A stretch of DNA of 63,983 nt, filler included, from Dimargaris cristalligena (GCA_003614675.1; 4 parts of 4 records of this genome joined end to end with filler, not necessarily neighbours in it); one strand, 5' to 3'. Positions 50,517 through 63,983 are shown, counted from the first letter of the whole stretch. A program made the numbers and translations. The notes: generated from the letters alone by a model not told the origin.

Positions 50517-52385
50517 GGGCCATTTGCCGCCGAAGTTCTCGGTCAAAATGGCGATCATGCGCTCCACGGAACCCAGAATGGCCCGGTGAATAATCACGGG
50601 GCGCTGGAAGGCCCCCGAGGTCGCAGCACTGTCCTCCGCATCCCCCGCGGCGGCGGCACCCGCCTCGGCGGACCGGTATTCCAGATTGAAACGGTCGGGC
50701 AGTTGGAAGTCCAGTTGGATGGTAGCGCACTGGTACTTGCGGTTCAGCGCGTCGGCAATGGTGATGTCGATCTTGGGACCGTAAAAGGCACCATCGCCGG
50801 GGTTGAGTTCCCAGCTATGGCTGAAGGAATTCAGAGCCTCCTCCAGCTGCTTTTCGGCACCGTTCCACACATCGATGGAGCCGAGGTAGTTCTCGGGGCG
50901 GGTTGAGAGTTCCAGGAAGAACTTGAAGCCAAAGATACCGTAGGCGTGCTGGAGGAACTTCAGGCAGTTTTGGATTTCGTCGCGGACCTGGTCCTGACGG
51001 CAGAAGATATGGGCATCGTCCTGCTGGAAACGGCGCACACGGGTCAGGCCGGACAAGGCGCCGCTGGCTTCGTTACGGTGCAGGACACCAAAATCGGCGA
51101 AGCGGAGGGGAAGTTCACGGTAGGACCGCTCGCGATGGGCGAACAGCAAGCAATGCCCGGGGCAGTTCATGGGTTTGAGGGCGAATTCCTCCTTCTCCAC
51201 GTTCAGGGTGAACATATCGTCCTTGTAGTTGGCCCAGTGACCGGAGATCTGCCACAGCTTGGAGTTGAACATATTGGGGCTCATGACTTCGTTGAAGCCC
51301 CGGCGTTGGTACTCTTCCTTCATGAAATCCACCAGAGTGTTGTAGATGCGGGTACCGTGGGGGAGGAAAAAGCACGAGCCAGGGGAGAGTTCGTGGAAGA
51401 AGAACAGCTCCTGATCCTTACCGATGCGACGGTGATCGCGCTTGGCGGCTTCGGCCAGGAAGTGCTTGTACTCGGTCATTTGCTTGTTATCGGGGAACGA
51501 GATACCGTAGATGCGTTGCAGGGAATCGTTGTTGGCATCACCCAAGAAGTACGAGGCCGAGTTCTTGAGCACGGCGAAGGACTTGACCCGGCCGGTGTGG
51601 GGCACATGGGGGCCACGGCACAGATCGATCAGAGTACCGCACCGGTAGACGGTGGTGCTGGTGCCGTCGGGAATCTTGGAGTTGATGAGGTGGACCTTGT
51701 ATTTGTTGCTCTGGAACATCTCGAGCAAGTCGGCCTTGGTCATGTTAAGCCGCTCAAAGGGCTGCTTCTCCTTGATCACGCGTTTGCCCAGGGTTTCCAG
51801 GGAGTCGTAGTCGGCCTGGCTAACGGCCCGGTCGTCGGTCATGGCCATTTCGTAGTAGAAGCCCTCGTCCAACGGGGGACCGATGCACAGGTGGCAGCCG
51901 TAGTGCTGCTCACTGGCCTCACCCAGAATATGAGCGGATGAGTGCCAGAAGACCATCTTACCCTCCTTGTGTTCAAAGTCGAGCAGCTCCAGGGAGCAGG
52001 ACTTCTCCAAGGGGCGGACCAGGTCAAATAGCTCCCCGTCGACCTTGGCGATGACGATGCGTTCGGCGAGGGACTTGCTGATGGCCTTGGCGATGTCGAT
52101 GGGACTGGTTTCCCAGCTGGTACCGAGACGCTCGGAGCCGTCTGGAAGGGTCACCTTAATGGGCTCCCGGGGCTGGCTAGCGACAAACTGGTCGTACTCG
52201 GCCTTGAGGCGGTCGAACATTTGGTTGCGGTGATCCATGTAGGCGGGACGGGGGGTGACCTCCAGGGGGAAGCCGCTGGCGCTGGCTTGACCGGCCTTGG
52301 CCTTCTTCTTGTTGTTGGCCTTGGCGGGCTTAGCGCCGGCCTGGATCTCCAGGTTCTCGAGCTGTTGAGCGACGGCGTCGGCCAT
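50517..52385 (-). CDS. THS1: Cytoplasmic threonyl-tRNA synthetase (3' end truncated by contig end)
   Basis: TGS domain, [48 protein letters not shown] and [10 protein letters not shown]. The anticodon-binding domain is lost at the linker. Confidence 0.97.
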
Positions 52386-54326
52386 ATTAGAGGGAAGTGG
52401 CTAAAGGGATTATAAGAGAACGGGAAAAGAGATGATAGATGCAGATCGTTGGGTCAAGAAGCCTAGAAAAAGAAATATATAAAAAAGAAGCCAAGGAAGA
52501 GAGCTGGACCAAACAGGCAGAGGAGTAAGTAAACTGAGGGAGGTGAGCGACAGCAGTGAACTAGATAATATATGCGACGGAGTGATTTCCACTAGTAAAA
52601 AATCGATTGCGGGGAAAGAGCCGTGGATATGGGAGGATATTCTGGTGAAACTTGGTGCTATTTTTTGATTATAATCACCCATGTCTCGGCTCGCAGTCCC
52701 CTTTCCCCACACTGCGGAGTTGAGAGTTGAGTCATCATGGCTGCCTGTACTATACTATAGGGATGTAGGTGGAAATACAAGGAGATATATAAGTCACCCT
52801 GATACTTTAACTCAACAGGATCTCGTAATGACCAAGTGCCAATGGCCTTAAAAGGTCTAGTTAGTTAGTCACTTAGAGTGCCAATATCTGGGGTGGTGCC
52901 TCGGCTACATCATTAAGGGCGCAAACACCCCCCGAGCCGCATTATCTTTTGCTCAGGGGCACTGAGACAACATGTGGATAGTGTCCAGGAAGAGGCGGGT
53001 CGGGTTGTCCAGGATCACATCCCCTCCTTGGGCCTTGGTATATTCTTTGGTGGTTCAGTGAAGGTGTGGATGTGGCTCTAGACGCTCCAGTTGGAGGCAT
53101 GTTTAATACCCCGTTCTCCCCACGTGGGTTACTCTGAATTAACGTCGCTGCATATCAGTACAGACTGTCTGAGGCTTAATCTGATTATGTTACGAAAAGT
53201 CCGCTGGATAAGAGAAGGTTCTACTGGTTTCAAATAGATTCTTTGGGCTTATTTGCCATTTATTGGTAGGCTGTATTAACTTTATACCGATATGCTGAGT
53301 TTCACTCAGGTGGGAGACCATCCATCAGAAAGTCCCCCCCGCCCGGGTTCGCTTGGGAAATAGACATATACTGTCTCTTCCTAATAAAGCGCCCATCCAT
53401 CATCACTGTTCCAAGCTGATTGGTGGACCGTCGTAGCCTGGGAAGGAAGAGGAAACCACCATGCCCAATATAATAGTAATACTCAAGCCAAAAGAACCAC
53501 CCGGAAATCCCGTTGGGTTTCGAACGTGCGATCGATTATCGGATGGACCATTCGTTAGTGTGCAGTGGGAACGGGCGGACGTGAAGTGTTCGAAACTCTC
53601 CCCCCGCCCCATTACTCACCCCACACCAGCCACACCATAACCTAGCTAACTCGTCCCTTTGCCAGGAAGTGTAGTGAAATGAGTAGAGTTCCCCTAGTCA
53701 AACTGATATACTAAGGCTTGGTGGTCGTGTAACCCAATTTCCGGCCTGTTGTTCAGTCGTCCATTTCAAAGATGCGCCCCCTATTTGGGACCAACAGCAC
53801 AATAATACCAGGCTGTGTGCCCTTTAGGAAACCCCGCGGGCCCTGTAGAACTCCACACACACTACTCAAAGCCTCCTGCCTCTTTAAAAATAACCACAAT
53901 CCCCAGACGGGGAAATAGTGGCCCCCCTACTTTTAGCCTATACTCTCTCTCCATCCTTCTTACCTTGTCTAGTCTAGTTGCCGTTTTTCTCATTAAAGCT
54001 CCTCCCCACCAGGCTTTTCTCGACCAGTGCTATCCTTGAATCCCTCTCACTTTGCTTGTCTATTACTGTTTCCTCGATTTACTTGCCATTCGCGAGGCGC
54101 ATACTCCAGATTCCCATATTATATATATATATATACAATCGAGTCCATTGAATTATATTCTCCTTATCCCAATCGCCTGGTCTTATTGGTGTCTCCACAT
54201 TGTATGCCACCGCTTATTTGACCGTATTCCTCCTCCCCTCCAGTCACCTTCCTATACGCCGCCACTCCTCAACTGCTGCGTCACCACCCCTCTCCCCCGC
54301 GTATCCCAGTTCCTGATTTCCGTTAA

Positions 54327-57300
54327 ATGAGCCTAGACGAGGCTGGCCGGCCCCGGTCCCTCGGCGCCCGGTACTTCTACCACCATGGGCGGTTTTTTGC
54401 CACCTACCAGGCTTCCATGCTGGTCCTGACCGTCTCCTGCATCGCCGTTCTTATTCTGCCTCCGTTGGCCCGCCTGGTCTCCACCGCGTGGCAGCGTCGC
54501 GAAATCCCGTATACATTCACCCCCATTAGCTCCTATATGCGCGACACCAACTTCTTTGCCAAAGTCGGCCAGGACCCTATGCTGGTTTGGCAGACCATTA
54601 AAATGCGCCCGCAGTTCGATACTATGACTATTACCCCCGCCTTTGGCAGCCCCTCCTCGGCGCTACTTTCGGGGGCGACCAACCACTGGTGGGGTACTTC
54701 CCCCGACCCCCCTGCCTATGTCCTCACGAAGCCCGCTCTCCGCTATGCCCTGCAATTCCAGCAAGAGCTGCTGACCACCTCCGTCAGCCTCGAAGAGGTG
54801 CGCCAATTCCTGTCCCACCACCCTAGCTCCACACGCACTCCCCTAGATCCCTGGTCCGACTCGTCCGAGCCTCCCGCAACCACCCGCTACCAATTGTCCG
54901 ATATCTGCTTTCGGCTCGACGGGCAGCGGGATTGTTTGCTTATATCCCCTTTAGTCTATTGGAAGCATCAGGCCCAGCTGCTTGAGGCCGACCCTGACGT
55001 GGAAGCCACGGTGGTTCGGCAAGCCGACTCGCCCATTCACGTGATGGACATCGCCGTGAGCCCCGAGATGCTCTGGGAAAATCTGCGACTTTTCAATACC
55101 ACCATTCTTTCCCCCGCGCCAGGGGCGGATGGCCACGGCCCCGCCTTATCTGATCCCGTCGACCTCACTCGGGCCACGGCCGACGGGTTTCACCTCTCGG
55201 TCATTGCTGTCGAGTCCTGGCAGGGTCCTGTGACTACCCAGTCGGTACTGCAGGCCCTGATTCACAAGACCGTGCTCCAGTTTAATGCCCAACCCTCGTG
55301 TGTCGATGGGGCTAGCCCCTGCCTCCCTCACCCCCGACTGGCCATCAAACCCGAAATTGGCGACCGCACGTTCCGCGCCCATTTCCAAACTGACTATAGC
55401 AAATTTGCGCTCGAGCACTATTTCCTGGCCATCGGCTGCCTAAGTCTATTTGCCTATATTTACTACACGTTCTATCGTTTAGACCTGGTGAAATCAAAAT
55501 TCTGGCTGGGGTTTGCGACCACCCTCATGTTGATTTGCTCTATGTTTCTGGCTCTTTCCATTTGCACCACCGTCAGTCGTCCCCATCCCTTCCTGCCCTG
55601 GGAAATATTACCATTTTTTGTAATTATCCTAGGGGTTGAAAATGTACATGCCATTACCCAGAGCGTGGTTCAAGTGCCCTTCGATTTGCCGGTACGAGAA
55701 CGCATTGGGCAAGGTAAGCCTTTCGCAGCCAATACCTTTATGCGTCCTGCTGTTTGCTATTGGACTATAATATATACTCGCGTATATTATAAAATCGGTT
55801 CTTTATACTAACCACCCCTCCCCCGTATCACAATTGGCATCCCTATGCCTTATTATTCAGGTCTTGCTCGCGTCGGGCCCACCATGCTGTTTCGTCTCCT
55901 CGTCGAACTTATTGCTTTAACGATTGGAGTGGTTCTGAGTGTCGATATTGTCAAGGAATTCTGCGTGTTCCTGATGCTGTCGATCATTGTTGATCACGTC
56001 TTTCAGCTGACTTTTTTTATTACAGTCTTATCCATCGATATTCGCCGATTGGAGGTACGTCAGGGGTCTAGTTTTGGCCAATAATGCAAATTTATTACCA
56101 TGGTTTGGACTGGGTCAGCTGGGGGGATGACTCACCACCCCCACCCCTCACCTTTCTTTACTCCATCGCTTGGTTGGACCTGCTAGTTGGGCATCATTCA
56201 CTTTATATCCAAATGTGATACTAACTCTTGTGTCTTTCCCTCCTCTTATTTTTCCTATAATGCTCTAGATTTCCGATCTTTACCGGAAGCGTACCAATCG
56301 ACCCGATCATGGAGGTCAGCCCGACAGTGCGACCGACCCCAATTTCGGACACCACCCAGCCTATACCAGGGATGCCGAGTCGTCGAGTGCTTCCACCACT
56401 ATCATTAAAGCACCCGCTGTGCTTTTCCGGCATCTCCACCGGTTTTGGATGCGACAGCGAGCCTACAGTATATTCCTATTAGTCGGATTTGTAGGACTGT
56501 TGTACTATCTATACGACCACACCGCCAACGCCGTCAACATCATTTTCCCGGCTCAGGAAAACGTGTTTATCTCCAATATCCTGCTGCAGGACTCCGCCGA
56601 AACCCTCTCACAAGTTATGAAGGGATTTCACTCCATCGAAAAATCGCGTGGTCTCATGGCCTATTATCATCTTGGCGCTACACAAATGTCCGAGTTTATC
56701 CAGCAAATCGAACCCCAACTCACTTCCCCTGTCATTTGGGGGTTTCAATCATGGTGGGCCCGGGTACAGCTAGGCTGGAGTTCCTTCGGGCAGGCCCTGA
56801 GTCCGTATTCCAGTTCGTTGGCTACCGGAGCGGGTGGGCTATCTAGTCAATTATCTGCTGGGTTCTATTTCCGTTGGATAGCCATTGGACTGGGATTGGC
56901 TTCCTTCTTTCTTCTAGTTTGGTTCATTCTCTTCGGTAATCCTCGCCGGGTACCACTGCCCGCCCCAATCCGCCGCATCATGACTCCCCAGGCTCTATCT
57001 CATATGAATCCTTGGGCGGTGACTAGCTGGGACGCTCGGATAGGGCCCCAAGACGTGGTGGATATTGATACTCAACTTCCCACTAACATCAGTGATCTCC
57101 GGCCCGTAGGATCCGATCACGTTTGGGCCACCAGTCAGACCGGCGAGGCCACCCTACTAAACCTAGGCCAACTAAAAGCCCACTTGAACCGTTTACCTAT
57201 ACTCAGCCGGTGGCGAAGTCCGACTGATTCCGAAAACTGGGCTCGTCCGCCATCAATATGGAATTGTCCCTCTGATATCCGAACTGTAGTAGTAGGGCCC

Positions 57301-60060
57301 TCGGGACCAGGTCGGCCTTTATTCGCTCGCGATTGCTTTAACTCCTGGGCGGCCATGGCCGACGGCCGAGGTGGGCCGGTATCTGTTTGGCAAACTATTA
57401 AAAGTGCTGACGGTGTCGTTGGTCTCAACCCATCCATTTTTGACCCAACAGCCTCACCAACACTCTCTTCATCCCGACTCACTGCTTTGGCACTATTGTA
57501 CAATACTCCATTCGATGGCCAGTGGGTCATTGGGACCGAGCCGTTTGGGGCCACCAAATGGACTCAGTTGGCTCAGCCGTATTTAGCGGTCGCTTACGAG
57601 GGTGCGACTATTGCCCTCTTTCCCGTTTCAGGACTGGGGGAGACGGGGCCTATCCAATGCCAACCCTGGGTCACCTGGACCTTGGAAATATCCGAGCCTA
57701 TTGTGGAGATTCACGCAGTTAACAACCATATTGTATGCCGTGGTCTGAGCGGCACCCTTCATGTCTATTTTATCCCCCAACGAGTCGCCGGCGATTCCTG
57801 GTCAATAGCTAATGTACAGGTATCTAACGAAGTCTCCCCGGAGCCGCCAGAGGACAATAGTTCCCCCAAACCACCTATGCCACCAACTTCCGATTCGCCT
57901 ATACTTGTTTACTCGATTCCCGCCGAGGAGTCCCCTGTAGTAACCATCACCTCCTCGGCTAGCTGTCCATACTATTTGTTTACTGGTTCTCGCTCCGGTG
58001 CAGTTTTGATACGGGATATTCAAAGCGGCCAGACCTTGGTTACACTTAGTGAAGGATCCTCGCCTTATTCGACCCAAATGTCTGATGTACTGCCCCCCAC
58101 CTCGTTTAGTTGGCCCCCTTTATCCGTTGACGTGCCGAGTTCCACCACCGAGCCTCACCGGGGCACCTTTAACGTTCCCCTCCCTGCCACCGCCCTTGAC
58201 ACCCACCACCAACCACTTACTACACTGGGGTCTAACCGACATACTGACTGCATTCGGACCATTATGGTATACCCTGAGCGCAATGCTCTGAAGAAAATCA
58301 CCCGCCTCTTCGTCGTTACCACGAGTGACGACGAAGCGGTCCAAGTCTGGCAACTCACGCTCTCGGACTATAGTTTCGAGCCACTGGTATCGCAGCCGAG
58401 CTGGCTCGTAGCGGGTGTTGAATCATCTTATCCGTGTCCCACTTTATCGCCTCCCCCTAGCCCGACGTTCTTGGCGTGGAGCAGTCGTCACCACCATTCC
58501 CGGAGTGCCGAGTTGAGCCCCCATCTTGTCCGCTCGCCGGTGCTCAGCCCCCACACTAGTGCGCCCCCTTCTCCTACACACCCGGGTCTGCTGCCCTTAT
58601 TCCCTATCGCCCCCATGGTGGAGGGTATTAATGGGATTGGGCCCATGGTCACCAGTCCCCCTCGCAATTCCCGCCGCAAAAGCTACCACCGTGATCGTAC
58701 CGATCAACACCAGCACTCGCATCATTTATCGTTAGCGAATCTTCCTGAGGAACCATGCGGGGCAACAGTGGACCGGGCACAATCCCATACACCAGTGCCT
58801 TCGGTGATGCATTTGCTCACAGTTAGCCAGCCGGGCTGCACCACCGCTTGCCTTTTCCAGTCCTTCCTTATGGGAGTTCGTAGGCCATCCCTCGGTGAGG
58901 ATAGCTCGGAAATGGTCGAGGTCCCTGGCAGTCAACCCGATGATAATTCGTTCGCTAATTCAGCCAGGCCACCCGTGCCGGACTCTGGCTCGGATGGTTG
59001 GGAGGGTCCAGCGGCCTGGTCATTTTGGATTCTCAACCTGGCTGATTTACGCACTTCCGACGACGACCCCCGGAAGCGTCAATTGGACCAATCCTTTGCC
59101 ATTAAGTCTATTCCCTTGTCTCCTAAATCGCATGTGACGTCGGGTCTAGGTGATTTACTCTCTGTTACAACCCCCTGGTTTGGCTATCCTTCGAGTCGAT
59201 CGGTGGGCTATAGCAGTAGTAGTAGTAGTGCACAAAGGTTCGTGGCGGATGGTGGCCGGCATTTTCACTCGCCACTTGGCCACCATGGTGCTACGAGTGC
59301 ACAGCACCGGGAAATCCATCAACACCCCAGCGGAAGCACGCATAGTCGGGTCAGTGTTGGTCTAGCAAGTACACATACACGTAAACGCCGCCCAACCCTT
59401 GGCAGCACGTCCCAGGCCACTGGCGACAATGCCGGTTTGCATTTGCTAACCTCCACTGGGACATCGGCCCAGGAAACCCCGGGATACGACTGGCCATCAC
59501 CACCACGTTGTAGCGATGATGCAAAGGGCAGTAAGGGGTCAAATGCAGTGAGCCAGCGACGATCCTTGCGGCGAGGTACTCATGGGATCAGTGGTACCGG
59601 AACTTGGGTAGAAATGCAGCCTTTGCCCATCAGTCCACGGCGGTCCAAGAGTTTGGAAATGGAACCGGCTGGCCTCGCAGAACTCGACCACATTGCCATG
59701 GCCTGCCCTCGCCAGGATCTTGGCCGGCGGCTTTCATCACCCAAATTGACCTCTTTTAATACTGAAGTAACGCCTGGCCGAGGAACCTCGAACGGTAAAG
59801 GATCATCGTCGGAGTCGACCCGCTATTCCCCACCGTACCAGGCGGTATCGGAGACAGCCAGTGAATTATCACAACCATCATCCGCTCACGTCTATTTAGA
59901 TCCTTTGCTTCCCTTCAGCACCGTGCGGCATTTATCCCTTATTCCTCTGGAGCCCCAGAACACAGCATCCACCGCCACTGGTTCTAATGGTCAAAATCGA
60001 TCCGTTACTGTATTGATCGCTTTCGGAAACACCATCAAATCGGTTCCATTAATCATTTAA
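54327..60060 (+). CDS. SCAP: SREBP cleavage-activating protein (SCAP/Scp1): sterol-sensing domain plus a divergent WD40 C-terminus, 3 exons, about 1790 aa
   Basis: Exons 54327-55713, 55861-56054 and 56269-60060 join in frame. CLLISP, AYIYY (YIYF equivalent), LVKSKFWLG, EILPFFVIILGVENV, ERIGQGL, EFCVF...VD and spliced SIDIRRLEISDL (DIRRMELADL equivalent). WD-like segments LFTGSRSGAVLIRD and TSDDEAVQVW. Confidence 0.9.
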
Positions 60061-61814
60061 TTGGCATGAGATGGACATCCCTGTTTACTAAACAACCTCT
60101 TATTCTGTAAATGATGGTTTAGCATTCTGAGTGCTTATATACAGCCTAGCTGGGGGTGCTGGATTACAGATTATAGTATGCACCCTTATTAGCCTTGGAC
60201 TCTGGGAGTTACCGAAATTAATAACGATTATTAAACTGTGATACCCCCCCCTTATATATTAAAAATCAAATGTTTGTATGTTTAATGCGTTGAAGAATTG
60301 AACTGTTAGACAATAGACCACTTACAACCGAGGTCACGTTCAAAATCCTCTTATTCGCCTGGCATCCTCTAGGACTGCTATCGATTATTCAGTCATCCCT
60401 CGGCAAAACTAAGTGACGAGGGTTTCCTGATCTTTTTATGGCTTCTCTTATTATTAATATGGAAGAAATTTATCCAGGCTATATAATCAAAAATACGTCG
60501 GATGAGACAAATACTACTGACTATAATCGCATCTCAAACATATTATCCTATACACATGCCACTTGAAACCTTTTATTATTGGGCCAAATTCCATTCATAT
60601 CTATTAGTTCTATAAACTTTTAATATTACTTGGCTTTAATATTGCCGATTCTGCCATTTTGAAGAGATACTGTTTTGGGACAGGCGTCAGGGAGTCGAAC
60701 AATCCCAATACTGGTAGGCCCTCTTGACTATATTTCCCCCATATCATTCACCTAGATTATGGGCCACTTTGGTCCTAGGGCAAACCCCCATAGCGGTCCA
60801 CACCACAACTTTCCATATCATAATTCTACGCTATGACCGGGTCGAGTTGACTCCAAACTTCATTATGATTAAGGTAACCATGGTATGATATCACTTGTTA
60901 GATGTACGGAAATTATCAAGGGCCTGTATTGCCTCTAAGGGACTGAACCCATTTGTATCCGTACACCCATGGTCATATGGTAGCCTCGAAGAGATCTGTT
61001 CGACCATATTTATTCGGTGGGGCCCGACCACCACCCCAACAATTGCATTGGTCGCCCCTAGTGAAAGTGGAGCGAAGGGGGGTGGAAATAATAATCAAGA
61101 CTTTGACAACGGGGTATTACGGGTGTGGTCCAACCGCCCCAGTCTCTATTTGCACTATTTCACCTGGATCCATAGAGGAGTGTACGCTCAATCTCCGATT
61201 GTTGACAATACGATAATCAAGAAAACGGGCCTATTGAGTTGGGTTGGTCATTATATTTTCCGCGGCTATTGCCGCAACTAGTTTACCTAATAGGCCAGGA
61301 ATGCCACGTGTGTAAATCCAAATCTCCAACACCAGTGCCACTTTGCAATATTTGACCCCCTATATATATATATATATTGGAAATACAATAACAGCCCCTA
61401 CCCTAGTTTTCCCAAAGGGCCGAGGTGGCCACTTATAATTACAATGCCCCATGGTCTCCAACGCCCCTCTAAAGTTTGTCAAATCATAGACCCAGCCACT
61501 TATGGAAAGATATGGGCACTTGTGAATGATCAATGGTCTACTCTTTTATTGTATGGTATGGAAGCATTCCTTTACTGTTCTATTTTTTTAAATATCGATA
61601 GAATGATTGGGGGGAGGAACCATTCGAGTAGTCTAATCTATTTGGCAGTAGGACTCTTCGTTAACGATGACCGGCTAAAAGAAATTGGACATTGACTACA
61701 TGGGTATAGACATTACTAATATCAAGGTTACTAGGGTCCGGAAAAAGGTAAATGCACAAGTCTACCATGGAGTCTTCAATGTATATCATAAACCTCCCCC
61801 TACATTAGCTCCAC

Positions 61815-61822
61815 TATAAATA
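61815..61822 (+). promoter_or_regulatory. TATA box of the small secreted peptide gene
   Basis: TATAAATA 167 bp upstream of the ATG at 61982. Confidence 0.55.
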
Positions 61823-61981
61823 CCGGCCACTTTAGCACCCTAATTAAACCACCATCCTCAGCTCTTTCACTTCCATCGCCGTATTTTACACCTTGCCCCA
61901 CCGCAGCCAAACCAACTGATTTGTCGATTTCAATACCAACTCCACCCCCAACCTCCACCCACCTCGTTTTACCGATTCAAA

Positions 61982-62230
61982 ATGCGTTTCACCTCTTTCA
62001 CCATCACCGTTTGCGTTTTGGGTCTCATGGCTTTGTCGTTTGCCAATGCCAGTCTTCCCGGCCATGATTCCGATGCCGATTTCCCCGGCCATGACCGTAA
62101 TGCCGATAACCGCTCCTCTGGTAAAAACAACATGTCCCCTCACTCGCGTGCCTCGGGTGAGAATAATTCTGACTCGGACCACAATGAGGGCCCCCATTCC
62201 GGTGGCCCCAATGGTCCTGATCGCCATTAG
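61982..62230 (+). CDS. Small secreted His/Asp/Asn/Gly-rich repeat peptide (82 aa)
   Basis: Signal peptide MRFTSFTITVCVLGLMALSFANA, AAAATG start context, upstream TATA box, biased codons and internal repeats PGHDxxAD x2 and RxSGxNN x2. Confidence 0.8.
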   Translation: MRFTSFTITVCVLGLMALSFANASLPGHDSDADFPGHDRNADNRSSGKNNMSPHSRASGENNSDSDHNEGPHSGGPNGPDRH

Positions 62231-63983
62231 TCCTATCCCGGATTATAGTCTTCTGACCAACTTTCGGCCTCATGTCGTGCCTTAGGTTGTCCGGAGCTTT
62301 TAAAATGTAAATTGTCTGATAGGTTTTACTGACACTTGCCCAAAACCTTCCTATTTTCAAATAGAATATGTATACTATGCTTGATTTATTTGGCCAATTC
62401 AATAAAATTGTACCTAAAACTATTTCCACGACGTGGTAGTGCATACCGAAAAGATATTATACTTATAAATTTGGAAACCTTACCATTGTTGAAAATATCC
62501 TGGTATGTCTCAGAATCCCCTCGATTATTACCGGGCTTTGTACAGTGGAAGATAAAATTATCTACAGCTATGCCGTTTCTAACAATCCGAATATATGAGC
62601 AATATTCACGCGAGTGTAGTTATGCACCAATAATCTGTATCCTTCAATTCCGACGGGAGGTTGTTTAATCGTGTCTAATGCGTGGCAATTATCTTAATCA
62701 ATCAGGTAAAGGGCACTTATTTGACCATAAGCAAATTATATTTTCCATTTCCATGGGGATGCATACTTGAAATGGGTCGGCGAATAGACGACTCTGTTCA
62801 AATCAATTTGCTTCGAAAATAAAAAAGCCATTTTTAGCCATGTTGGATTTAGATGGAGTAGTATGGTAGTTCACTTTAGTCCGGTCCTATTTTATTGTTG
62901 TAAGTCACTACCACAGTAGTGGGAATATGCGGAGGTACATTCGTGGGGTTATGTAGGCGAGTAGCGTACTCTAAAGTAACAGACTGGACCTCCCAACCAC
63001 GGGTGTAGATGAGATTTCATTACCGGCGGAAGGCCATACCAATAGTGATAATGTAAGCTAAAGGCCTATGAATTACTGCTTGACCTAAAATATGTAGATT
63101 AATGCCCAATTTAAATTGATATATACACTGAGTTTATAGGAAACTACCGACAATTAAATGTTAATATACCACTACGGGGCTCTAGTCCCGAGCTGTTGGG
63201 CTTGGGGATGTAGGAGGAGGATGTCGCTTCTTCTTCAATGTGATCCAAAGTCATCGAGGCTGGCACCTTACTCACAGAAGAGAGGATTTCCACAAATCTG
63301 GACGAGACGACTCTAGTGGTGAATACAACCACTGACACAGGTTGATATGGATGAGCGGACGAGTACCACGAAATTGAAGGTAACGTTATGGTAGCTTTCC
63401 ACTCCTAAGACGCTAAAAGTCCACAAATGTAGGATTCTGGTGGGTATATCACCGGGTGTACTCTTAATCAATACTTGCTCTGTGGATACGGTGTGCAGTG
63501 AAGGTGGTGAAACAATAAATATTGACAAGGCACACTTGCTAATAATAGTATACATGTATGAGGTAGAGTTTCAATCGGGCTGAATATCAAAACACCTGGT
63601 AGACCCATCAAAACCCTATACAACTGGGCCGAATTTTACTCTCCCCTGTATTGGAGAGGCGAAAATTTGAGCCATACGCACCGCTTCCTGTCCCACCTTT
63701 TTCTGAGACATGGCTCTTTAAGCCTCATCTCGATATTCCTATTATCACTTTATATACATTTCGTTTCAAGCGGGCAGTCCCATGGCTAATAGTAAATTAG
63801 GAGTTATTAGAAGATCAAATATGTACATTATGTTGGATTTGCCGAGAAAGTTTCCACTCAAAGAAATTGATGAAACGGCTTCCCTTCGGAGGTCAAGTGC
63901 ACAACTTGTTGGTCTATAGTTGCACTGGGGTAAATATAGCACATGTATAACACCTTTAACTATTTGTGAGCTTTGAAAAATAA

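Noticed and set aside
50946-51941. Long antisense ORFs (also 1098-1697, 17378-17965, 37020-37631, 46946-47689, 48665-49597)
   Set aside because: These are shadows of high-GC3 coding sequence on the opposite strand, with no independent motifs.
52386-52760. Upstream exon giving ThrRS a mitochondrial presequence
   Set aside because: An acceptor-like TTTAG lies 15 nt before the ATG, but I found no convincing donor or coding exon upstream.
63144-63712. Short - strand ORFs near the window end
   Set aside because: Fragmented frames with no motifs or codon bias.

Overview
Eukaryotic (fungal) DNA with GT-AG introns and high GC at third codon positions. Retention of Rab2, SCAP and a TMEM70-like gene suggests an early-diverging fungus (Zoopagomycota/Mucoromycota-like; this is inference only). 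The window is not one locus. It is four assembly contigs (1-16751, 16852-33598, 33699-50416, 50517-end) joined by identical artificial 100-nt linkers (44 N + TTAATTAATTAA + 44 N), so adjacency across linkers means nothing. Contig 1: Rab2, a probable decayed gene, Rheb (4 exons), Tpt1 (4 exons, probable GC-AG intron), Atx1 (3 exons) and CK2 beta. Contig 2: a secreted, probably GPI-anchored Cu-only-SOD-fold protein that has lost every Cu ligand and the catalytic Arg, then about 15 kb without recognisable genes that carries repeated forkhead+CCAAT modules. Contig 3: 5' fragment of a homeobox gene, a 2OG-Fe(II) oxygenase, Hda1 (5 exons), an 8-Cys GPI protein, a PTGR-type reductase, a TMEM70-family protein and Dip2/Utp12. 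Contig 4: ThrRS (3'-truncated), SCAP (3 exons, about 1790 aa) and a small secreted His/Asp-rich repeat peptide. The best novelty candidates are the pseudo-SOD, the His-rich secreted peptide and the enhancer-like gene desert. Exon structures were deduced by eye and no searches were run.
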